A stretch of DNA of 64,000 nucleotides, taken from positions 32,001 to 96,000 of the forward strand of contig JAVJWO010000153.1 in assembly GCA_040222015.1 (NCBI GenBank), in the 5' to 3' direction. This document shows positions 53,365 to 61,765 of the stretch, piece after piece. This DNA comes from Coleofasciculus chthonoplastes F2-STO-03. GTDB lineage: Bacteria; Cyanobacteriota; Cyanobacteriia; Cyanobacteriales; Coleofasciculaceae. The number at the start of each line of letters is the position of its first letter. The stretch's first letter is position 1. The position numbers and the translations under genes are program-made. The notes under the pieces are model-generated. The model did no database searches. It saw only the letters and a list, made by a program, of their open reading frames with translations, and was not told the origin of the DNA.

Positions 53365-53774
53365 GAGATCCCCCCTAACCCCCCTTCAAAAGGGGGGAAC
53401 AAGAAATTGCCTGCTTTGAGAACCAGAAATTGTATTCTTTGTCAGGGGGGAACAAGACATTTTACCCTTTGTTAGGAAAGAACCAGAAATTGCACCCTTT
53501 GTTAGGAAAGAACCAGAAATTGCACACTTTGTCAGGAGTGAATCAGAAATTAAGCCCAGTCATTTAAGGGGACAATAAAACATCAATCAAAGTCTCCCTT
53601 TCAATGAATCAATTACTCAAAGTCCCCCTTTCATCCCAAATCCGGGTTAGCTACCCCCGTTATAAACCAGTCCGCGCAGGCGGACTTTGTTTGTGTAGCA
53701 GCGATTTCAATCGCCGTGGCAAAAGGGGGTAATAAAGGCGGATTTGGTATCAAAGGAGGATTTAGGGGGATCTC
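53365..53774. mobile_element. MITE-like element with terminal inverted repeats, internal 30-bp VNTR and nested smaller element
   Basis: GAGATCCCCCCTAA...TTAGGGGGGATCTC ends; GAACCAGAAATT.. units at 53420-53550; nested CCAAATCC...GGATTTGG at about 53634-53750. Confidence 0.6.
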
Positions 53775-53971
53775 AACCTTAATCGCGTAATCACAAGCTT
53801 AAATAAACCCCAATGGCAAACGGTTTACTCTCACAGTAAAGAAACCCACCGAAATTCTGGGGAAGGGCGGGTTTTGTATAGAAGTTATCGGATTTCCCCT
53901 CAATATTTTGGCTAAACCCGCCCCTACAAGTTTTCGGATTGATAGCGCTGCAAGAGAGAGAGTACGAATGA

Positions 53972-54265
53972 CTAATGACTAATGACTAATGACAAATTTC
54001 CTTCTTGGCGTAATTGCTTATGGGTTTGCCGATCCGCTTCCAAGTCCGCTTCATTATAATGTAACTCGACACCTTTGGCTTTGAGGAATGTATCAACCTC
54101 CAAGCGGGTAGACATTCCCAGTAATTCTCGCACTTTACCGACACTAATCGAACCCTCACGATAGGCGGCAATGACAATCATTTCCAGTAGCCTGCGTTCC
54201 AAGCTACCCCATTTAAGTTCTAACGAATGCGCGACATCATCGGGTAGGGCGATCTGAATTTCCAT
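53972..54265 (-). CDS. UPF0175 family protein (putative antitoxin, orphan)
   Basis: AYREGSISVGKVRELLG..R.E...FL...GV.LHY...DLE.D motif. Confidence 0.85.
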   Translation of the reverse strand: MEIQIALPDDVAHSLELKWGSLERRLLEMIVIAAYREGSISVGKVRELLGMSTRLEVDTFLKAKGVELHYNEADLEADRQTHKQLRQEGNLSLVISH

Positions 54266-54350
54266 GAGTGGCTTGCTGTTAAAGGTTATTCGGATTGAAT
54301 CTGTTTAGATTATCCAGATGCTGTGGGCTATTCGGATACTATTATTTGGC

Positions 54351-54726
54351 GGATGAGGGGATACCGTTCGGAATTTTTGCCAGGGAAAGCAGTCAATTGC
54401 ATCAACTAGAGTCTATGGGCGCACACCTTTTCCAATTATACTGTTTATTGAATCATAGAAACTGTTTTTTTGTCAACCCGTTTAATCCTAAGAAATTAGG
54501 TTCTGATACCAACAGGTGAGGACAGGGCGGCGATCAGGCAAATTAACAGGATGAAGGGAATATTCAAGAATTCTTTGCCAGGGAAGGTAGGCAATTGAAT
54601 TAACCAGAGTCTATAGGCGTACACCTTCTCCGACTATACTGTTTATTGAATCATAGAAACTGTTTTTTTGTCAACCCGTTTAATCCTAAGAAATAGGTTC
54701 TGATACCAACAGGCGAGGACAGGGCG
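54351..54726. repeat. Tandem duplication with 198-bp period
   Basis: CTGTTTATTGAATCATAGAAAC at 54441 and 54639; flanks align with divergence. Confidence 0.9.
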
Positions 54727-55043
54727 ACCCGACCCAATTTAGTGAATAGATTTGTTCATTGATGCCAGCGGGTCGCCCCTACATGGCGGCTATTAACCTT
54801 CTGCATTTTGCCCTACATTGGGTGACGCGATCGCACAAAATTTAAGAAAGATCTAACGCTTGGTTAACAAAGATCTAAATAGAGAAGCCAGTAAGATTTT
54901 TGACCTGTTGGCGATTAGGGTAAAATCTGAAGCAAGATACAAGATTTTTGTGTCAACTCATGGTAATAAGACTATTCCGGAGGTATCGCGCCAAGTGGTG
55001 AACGACTATCAGCTAAGTTATGAGCGAAAACCAGTATAAAACG

Positions 55044-55441
55044 TTGACACTCCCCCGGCTGAAAGCACGGGGGATTCTTCGTTCATCCAATCACCTTAGA
55101 GTATTGACTCTCGTCAATGCAGAAGAGGGCGAGTTGTCCCGAAGCGTTTATCCAGTATTCCTGGAACGTTCCTGTGTGCCCCACAGTACGGAGTGCTTCC
55201 TTGAGTATGTTAATTGCAGCGTTCCAATCACGATCTAAAACACACCCGCACTTACACCTATGCGTTCGAGTTGATAGTGATTTGTTCACCACACAACCGC
55301 AATTAGAACAGTTCTGGGAGGTGTAGTGAGGCTTAACGGCAACCGTCGCCACCCCAAACACTTTCCCGAAATACTCAAGCCACCGCCTAAATTCAGACCA
55401 GGCGGCATCGCTAATTGATTTAGCTAGATGGTGGTTTTTGA
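55044..55441 (-). mobile_element. IS200/IS605 remnant: tnpB 3' half plus right end
   Basis: LAKSISDAAW, YTSQNCSNCG, RTHRCKCG, DRDWNAAINI; right end hairpin TTGACACTCCCCCGGCTGAAAGCACGGGGGATTCT. Confidence 0.88.
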
Positions 55442-55465
55442 CGCTTCGGCTTCGCTCAGCGTCAA

Positions 55466-55928
55466 CCATATTCCGCACTTGCAAGTCCATTACATGCAGC
55501 GAACCTCCCACGGTTCCACGCTCAGCCGGATGGTGCATTCCTGGGTATTATCTCGATCTGACCGAGAAAAAGCTTGGAAATTCTTTAAAGAGGCTCTCCA
55601 TAGCGATATTGATGACATTCAGGGAGGTACAACACCTGAAGGCATCAACTTAGGGGCGATGGCGGGAACGGTGGATCTGATGCAACGGTGTTATACAGGG
55701 TTGGACATTCGCGATCAGGTATTGTGGTTGAATCCGTCTCTACCCCAAGAACTATCTGATACACGCCTGCGATTGCGCTATCGAGGACATTGGTTATCGC
55801 TGCGGTTTACGGATGAAAAGATAACCGTTTCATTTGATCGCGGCTAGTCCAAACCTGTCTGCGTTGGCTTCCAGGGTGAGGTGTATGAGATGGTAGAAGG
55901 GGAGACAAGGGAGTTTGAATTGGCTTGA
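55466..55928 (+). pseudogene. GH65 glycoside phosphorylase C-terminal fragment with internal stop
   Basis: RTSHGSTLS, DIQGGTTPEGINLGAMAG; TAG at 55845 followed by more homologous-looking codons. Confidence 0.8.
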
Positions 55929-56116
55929 GGGAGATAGGGAGCAGAGGTGCGGGGGAGCGGGGGCAGAGGTGCGGGGGAGCAGAGGTGCGGGGGAGCAAAG
56001 GTGTACAGATGAGTACAGATGAGGACTTCCCCTCTTGCCAGCAGGGTACTTTACTCCAATTTAACCTAGATCTGCTATCAATAGAAGTAGACATAATTGA
56101 ATTTGTCCTAGGGCAA

Positions 56117-56312
56117 GTCAACTACCTCGCCCATACCAAGTATGGACGAGGCTAACTGTACCCCGTACAGGGGAGACGCCTAAAACTATTAGGCAATTGG
56201 GTAAAAACTAACTGTACTTCTTTCTACCCACCACTTTGTATCAGTAAATTGAGTTAGGAGGTGTGGCTTTCCTCCGGAACCCATACCCAGTATGCAGGAG
56301 GTATCCAGCCAC
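56117..56312 (+). mobile_element. Non-autonomous IS200/IS605-type MITE (IscB/HEARO-like ends)
   Basis: Starts GTCAACTACC; two subterminal hairpins share CATAC-C(A/C)A-GTATG. Confidence 0.5.
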
Positions 56313-56325
56313 AAATTAGAATGAG

Positions 56326-56994
56326 GTGAGTCTATCTTCTACAAACCGCCCTTGCGATCGCAATCACTTTAAACGCTGTCTTAACCGCTTAGAGCAGGAC
56401 GTGCTGCGGATGGGCGCATTGGTGGAAAATTCATTCCGCCTTGGTCATCAAGCTTTATTTTACCAAAATCTGGAGGCAGTCCAGGAAATTACCTCAGTTG
56501 AGAAACGAATTGATCGCTACTACCGCCATATAGAAATAGAGTGTGCCTCTCTCCTCACACTTCAATCGCCAGTAGCACAAGATCTACGTCTGGTCAGTGC
56601 ATTTATGCAGTTAATCCGAGATTTGGAACGTATTGGTGATTATGCTGAGGATTTAACGGAGATTTCGGTAAAACTATTCGCTTACCCACCTCATCCTTGT
56701 ATACCCGAAATTGAAGAAATGTCCCACCATGCTCAAGCGATGTTAGCTTCAAGTTTAGCTTCATTAGCAGACTTAGATGCGACGGCAGGACAAGCGGTTA
56801 AAGTATTAGATGATAAAGTCGATAATGCTTACGATAAGCTTTATCAAACCTTAGCCTTTCAACGAGATATTACAGGCGTAGTTGAGCCAATTGTACTCTT
56901 GGTCTTGGCGATTCGTCATATCGAGCGCATGGCTGATCATGCCACCAACATCGGTCAACGAGTGACCTATATTGTTACAGGTCATCGTTCCTAG
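56326..56994 (+). CDS. phoU: Phosphate signalling protein PhoU (SphU)
   Basis: PVAQDLR, DLERIGDYA, ERMADHATNI. Confidence 0.95.
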   Translation: MSLSSTNRPCDRNHFKRCLNRLEQDVLRMGALVENSFRLGHQALFYQNLEAVQEITSVEKRIDRYYRHIEIECASLLTLQSPVAQDLRLVSAFMQLIRDLERIGDYAEDLTEISVKLFAYPPHPCIPEIEEMSHHAQAMLASSLASLADLDATAGQAVKVLDDKVDNAYDKLYQTLAFQRDITGVVEPIVLLVLAIRHIERMADHATNIGQRVTYIVTGHRS

Positions 56995-57018
56995 AGAAGA
57001 AAGCAGGAGGCAGAAAAT

Positions 57019-57192
57019 TGTAGCGGCGGGTTTAGGAACTGTAGGGGCGGGTTTAGGAACTGTAGGGGCGGGTTTAGTAACTAGCGCTAGCTTTTTACTA
57101 ATAACGGAACAACAAAACCCGCCCTGCCTCACCGATAACGGAACAACAAAACCCGCCCTGCCTCACCGATAACGGAACAACAAAACCCGCCC
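57019..57192. repeat. REP element with tandemly amplified arms
   Basis: Three GGCGGGTTT left arms (21-bp period) and three AAACCCGCCC right arms (34-bp period). Confidence 0.9.
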
Positions 57193-57215
57193 TTGTTCAT
57201 CGTTATTAGAAGCAG

Positions 57216-57256
57216 CTTAACCCAAAGATTACCTTAACCTTACCCTTTTCTAACCT
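57216..57256 (+). promoter_or_regulatory. Pho box (SphR site) upstream of phoX
   Basis: CTTAACCC, GATTACCT, CCTTACCC, TCTAACCT at 11-bp spacing. Confidence 0.7.
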
Positions 57257-57336
57257 GTACACTTTAGGATATCCTTGCATTGCATCTAGGATATTCCTCT
57301 AACAAAACCCAAATCTGAAAGGGGGAAGCGTGAGCT

Positions 57337-59547
57337 ATGGCTCTCAAACGTCGTAATTTTCTGCTATTTCTGGGAGCTAGTGCAGGAACGGTAGCACTGG
57401 GTTCTTGTCGTACTCCGGCTCAGAAGGGTTCTGGGTCATTAACCCAAATTAACCCGAATACAGATAATCTGAGTTTTAAACCCGTCAAGAGTCCCTTACC
57501 GTTAGAAACCGATCGCGTGCCATCGACGAAACAAATCGAAGCCTACAGCCGCTATGAGGTGGTCGATGATTTGGTATTACCAGAAGGCTTTACTTACGAG
57601 GTGATCGGCGCTTGGGGAGATCAGATAGGGGAGTCTCGCTTTGGTTATAACAATGATTATTTATCATTTATTGAAACAGGTCAGAATGAAGGATACCTGA
57701 CGATTAATTTTGAATATATCAGCGGTGGCACTTGGATGCAAACCTATTCTCAGGTCATCGGTGAGTCATTGCCCTTTGAAGAAGTTAAAGCGGTTGCGGC
57801 GAAGAGTGATGATACGATTAATGCCTTCGCTTTGCCTGATTCTGACCCCCTAAAAGCGAAAATTCGCCAGATTTCCCAAGCGGGTTTGATTGATCAGGGA
57901 TTAGGTGTGATTTCAATTCGCCGAACGGCTGATGGAACTTGGATGCGAACGAATTCTGCGGCTGATCGGCGGATTACCGGAATCTCTGGATTAGAAGACG
58001 ATCGCTATCTTAAAGCAACCGGTCCTGCTGTCGCAGTTTTCCAGAAAACTCAAGGACAAGGATATACGGATGGCTTAGGCGATCGCATTATTGGTACGAT
58101 GCAAAATTGTGCGGGTGGAACCACGCATTGGGGAACGGTACTGAGTGCGGAGGAAAATTTTCAAGATCAAGTCCCAGAACCAGTTTACGCCGATGGAACT
58201 TCCTTTGACCCCGCCACGCTTCCGTTTATGATTAATGATGAATTTGTCGATGGGCGAGGTAATGTGTTTGGCTTAGCTGGAAATAAATATGGCTGGATGG
58301 TGGAAGTTGATCCGGCTGACGCCAATGATTATGGCACAAAGCACACTTGGCTAGGTCGATTCCGTCATGAAGCCGTGGCGTTTAAAGTTGTATCTGGGAA
58401 ACCCTTAGCGATATATTCGGGATGCGATCGTCGAGGGGGTCATCTGTATAAGTTTGTCAGTAAAGACACAGTTAGTGATCCGACAGATAAAGCCAATTCC
58501 CGTTTAATGGCAGAGGGAATGCTGTACGCGGCGGTATTTGCACCCGATGGCACAGGGCGCTGGATGGCATTAACACCCAATACTCCCGTCAACCCCGTGT
58601 TACCCAGTACCGTGGAAGGCAGCTTAGTCCCCTTACCCAAACGTCCCCAGGGAGGCATTGTTGAGGTAACAACCGATGCGGAAGCCTTGGCGTTTAAACA
58701 GCAGTTTGCCACACTGGGGGATCTATACCAAGGGAATGACATCGAAAAACAGGGAGCAATTTTAATCGACGCCCACTTTGCCGCCAATGCAGCAGGTGCA
58801 ACCACCACCGCCCGTCCTGAAGATACAGATATGGCGGCGGATGGTTCCCTCTATATCGCCTTTACCTCTGGTAGTCCAGGGGGAGATGGCGGACCCGACA
58901 AGCGCGTCTTTAAAGGACCCCAGGGAGAAACACCCTGGGAATATGGCTGGATTCTGCGTCTAGTAGAAAACCAAGATGATCCAGCCGCGATGACATTTCG
59001 GTGGGACTCCTTTGCCATGGGAGGCGAACCCGCTGAAGGAGGCGCTGGATTTTCTAATCCCGATAATCTGGAATTTGACAAAAATGGCAATGTGTGGATG
59101 GTGACCGATATGTCTACCTCCAAGCACAATCAACCTGTGACCAGTCGTGTCAATGACCAAGGTCAACCCATAAGTCAAGCTGATATCCAGGGAATTTTTG
59201 GCAACAATTCAATCTGGTGTATGCCTACCTCTGGAACAATGGCGGGTAATGCTTATTTATTTGGCATTGGACCGATGGAGTGTGAAACCACCGGACCCTT
59301 TTTTAGTCCCGATCAAAAAACCCTATTCCTCGCCATACAACATCCCGGAGAACGATACGGTATTCGTAAGAATAACCAGGCTGAAACTCGTAAGTTTGTG
59401 ATAAAAACCCTCGATGGGCAACAATTTCTGCAAGAACGTTATGTTCCTTTAGGGTCTAACTGGCCCCATCAAGGTACAACCGAGCCACCCAAGCCAGCCG
59501 TCGTCGCAATTCGGCGATTAGATAACCAACCAATTACTATGGCATAA
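57337..59547 (+). CDS. phoX: Tat-exported PhoX-family alkaline phosphatase
   Basis: KRRNFL Tat signal, GYNNDY, NCAGG.T.WGT.LSAEEN, GRFRHE, RPED, NPDN, QHPGE. Confidence 0.93.
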   Translation: MALKRRNFLLFLGASAGTVALGSCRTPAQKGSGSLTQINPNTDNLSFKPVKSPLPLETDRVPSTKQIEAYSRYEVVDDLVLPEGFTYEVIGAWGDQIGESRFGYNNDYLSFIETGQNEGYLTINFEYISGGTWMQTYSQVIGESLPFEEVKAVAAKSDDTINAFALPDSDPLKAKIRQISQAGLIDQGLGVISIRRTADGTWMRTNSAADRRITGISGLEDDRYLKATGPAVAVFQKTQGQGYTDGLGDRIIGTMQNCAGGTTHWGTVLSAEENFQDQVPEPVYADGTSFDPATLPFMINDEFVDGRGNVFGLAGNKYGWMVEVDPADANDYGTKHTWLGRFRHEAVAFKVVSGKPLAIYSGCDRRGGHLYKFVSKDTVSDPTDKANSRLMAEGMLYAAVFAPDGTGRWMALTPNTPVNPVLPSTVEGSLVPLPKRPQGGIVEVTTDAEALAFKQQFATLGDLYQGNDIEKQGAILIDAHFAANAAGATTTARPEDTDMAADGSLYIAFTSGSPGGDGGPDKRVFKGPQGETPWEYGWILRLVENQDDPAAMTFRWDSFAMGGEPAEGGAGFSNPDNLEFDKNGNVWMVTDMSTSKHNQPVTSRVNDQGQPISQADIQGIFGNNSIWCMPTSGTMAGNAYLFGIGPMECETTGPFFSPDQKTLFLAIQHPGERYGIRKNNQAETRKFVIKTLDGQQFLQERYVPLGSNWPHQGTTEPPKPAVVAIRRLDNQPITMA

Positions 59548-59784
59548 AATACTCTTAATAGAGATGTAATATGCTATATCTCTACATTTCTCTATTAATT
59601 GATTCAGATAAATAATTCTAATCTTTTCTTGGTATCCAGCTCAACAGCTTTGATTTAGAATCTATTTCTTAGAGGATAAAAACGTGTAACCGTTAAATCG
59701 TAAGTTTAGGGATATGTCTTGAGCAAACGCCAAAAAGCTATTGCTCATTCAGTCCAATTGGTTTACAGTTTTGGCATGGAAATA

Positions 59785-59794
59785 GGTGTGAGGA
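59785..59794 (+). promoter_or_regulatory. GGTGTGAGGA 5'UTR motif (Yfr1 seed complement)
   Basis: Overlaps the RBS; the same motif precedes the second porin. Confidence 0.6.
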
Positions 59795-59800
59795 TTATTC

Positions 59801-61558
59801 ATGATTATGTCAACTCTATTCTGGAAAACGGTAAAGGCAAGTCCTGTCCTGTTATTTGCCTGTTTATTCGTGGCGAGCGGTGCATCTGCGGCTGAGTCAA
59901 ATCCCCATCAGATGGCTGAAGGTTTGTCTATAGCTACTATAGATTTAGACGCTGAACCCACAGCCTCAAGCAGTCCCAGGTTTCAACTCGCCGATAGTAC
60001 CTTCCCTGAACCTGTTCCAGGGGCTGGAACTCCCTCGGTTGAATCAAATCAAGAGATACTACAGCAAATTCAGCGCTATGGCAACCAAGGCTCTACCTCT
60101 CTTGACCAAGTAACCAGCGTGGGTCAGTTGCGAGACGTTTCCCCAGGTGACTGGGCGTATGAAGCGCTGCGAAGCTTAGTTGAACGCTATGGCTGTATTG
60201 CGGGATATCCAGATGGTACCTATCGAGGCAATCGCGCCTTGACTCGTTATGAGTTTGCAGCGGGTTTGAATGCCTGTTTACAGCAAATTGAGCGGTTACT
60301 TGTTAACGGGGATGGTCCTAATGGTCCTGATCTAACAACCCTGCGGCGGTTAATTCAGGAGTTTGAGGCAGAATTGGCAACCCTGGGTGCGCGGGTGGAT
60401 AACCTGGAAGGGCGTGTGGCGTTCTTGGAAGACAATCAATTCTCCACAACAACCAAGTTGAAAGGGGAAGTCATCTTTGCCTTGGCTGACACCTTCGGTG
60501 ATTCCACTGAAGATTTTGGTAGCGATGATGAAACGAATCTAATTTTCGCTGACCGGGTGCGCTTGAACTTGGAGACGAGTTTTACCGGAAGAGATCGCTT
60601 GAGAACTCGTTTGCAAGCCCGCAATATCAGTTCATTTAGCGGGGATTTAACGGGTACCAACATGACCCGCTTAGGGTTTGATGGCGATAACGGTAACGAT
60701 GTTGAAATTGATGAGCTGTGGTATCGCTTCCCTCTCGGTGAAAAAATTTCCGTGCAAATAGACGCTACTGGGGTAGAGTATCAGGATACCGTTATTGATC
60801 CGATCAATCCTTACTTTGCTAGTAGTGGAAGCGGTGCTATTTCTCGCTTTGGGCGTTTCAATCCCATCTATCGCGCTGAAACAGGTGGTCCTGGAATAAC
60901 TGCAACATTTAACGTGAGCGACGCCTTGTCACTGTCTGCTGGTTACGTTGTTGATGGGGGCGGCAGCGATCCTGCTGATGAGAATGGTCTATTTGATGGC
61001 AATTATGCAGCCCTAGGTCAGGTTGCCTTTACACCGACTGAAAATATTTCCTTAGCAGCAACCTATCTGCACTCCTACTACAATGGCGGTGAGGTTAACG
61101 TTACAGGAAGTACAGGAAGTAGCTTCGCATCTGCTCCTTTTGGTAACAACGATACCGCGACTTCGGTTGATGCCTATGGAATCCAAGCAAACGCACTATT
61201 TGGCAAGTTTTCTGTTGGTGGTTGGGTTGGATATCAAGACGCTGAAGCCGAATCGGGTGCTAACGAAGGAGCTGACGCTGATATTTGGAACTGGGCTGTC
61301 AACTTAGCCCTCTTAGACATTGGTGGTGAGGGTAATAAGCTGGGCTTTATATTTGGAATGCCACCCAAAACAACAGGCAACGATATAGCTACTCGTGAAG
61401 ATGACAACACTTCCTATCACCTAGAAGCCTTCTACCGCTATCAACTCACTGATAATATCGCTATCACTCCGGGTGCTTTTGTTATCTTCAATCCTGAACA
61501 TGATGATGACAATGATACCCAGTTTGTCGGTACGCTGCGAACAGTCTTTAGTTTCTAA
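59801..61558 (+). CDS. SLH-domain OprB/Som-type outer membrane porin
   Basis: WAYEALRSLVERYGCIAGYPDG SLH, QFSTTTKLKGE, terminal LRTVFSF. Confidence 0.95.
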   Translation: MIMSTLFWKTVKASPVLLFACLFVASGASAAESNPHQMAEGLSIATIDLDAEPTASSSPRFQLADSTFPEPVPGAGTPSVESNQEILQQIQRYGNQGSTSLDQVTSVGQLRDVSPGDWAYEALRSLVERYGCIAGYPDGTYRGNRALTRYEFAAGLNACLQQIERLLVNGDGPNGPDLTTLRRLIQEFEAELATLGARVDNLEGRVAFLEDNQFSTTTKLKGEVIFALADTFGDSTEDFGSDDETNLIFADRVRLNLETSFTGRDRLRTRLQARNISSFSGDLTGTNMTRLGFDGDNGNDVEIDELWYRFPLGEKISVQIDATGVEYQDTVIDPINPYFASSGSGAISRFGRFNPIYRAETGGPGITATFNVSDALSLSAGYVVDGGGSDPADENGLFDGNYAALGQVAFTPTENISLAATYLHSYYNGGEVNVTGSTGSSFASAPFGNNDTATSVDAYGIQANALFGKFSVGGWVGYQDAEAESGANEGADADIWNWAVNLALLDIGGEGNKLGFIFGMPPKTTGNDIATREDDNTSYHLEAFYRYQLTDNIAITPGAFVIFNPEHDDDNDTQFVGTLRTVFSF

Positions 61559-61745
61559 GCCTGTCTCGGCTGTCGTTGACAATGTAATTATCTGGTGTAG
61601 GGGTATAGCATTGCTATACCCCGATTAATCTTAACCTTTATGAATAAGCGCGATCGCTTAAGTAATTGCCTATGCTAACGTTCCTACTTAGTTATTGTTA
61701 ATAGCTGCAATGGTGTTGTATAGTTTTCCCGTTAACCGTTATTTC

Positions 61746-61755
61746 GGTGTGAGGA
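61746..61755 (+). promoter_or_regulatory. GGTGTGAGGA 5'UTR motif (Yfr1 seed complement)
   Basis: 10 nt upstream of ATG 61766. Confidence 0.6.
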
Positions 61756-61765
61756 ACGTGGATAA

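Noticed and set aside
54500..54620. Cobalamin riboswitch (GGGAA/GGGAAG motifs)
   Set aside because: No recognisable B12 box (GCCACTG) and no cognate downstream gene
52139..54726. Diversity-generating retroelement TR/VR pair
   Set aside because: No reverse transcriptase; differences between repeats are not adenine-specific; the 198-bp units do not match any CDS 3' end
55083..55847. ORF-track proteins 55083..55538 and 55428..55847 as real genes
   Set aside because: Their N termini are chimeric read-through across a deletion junction; only fragments of tnpB and GH65 are homologous
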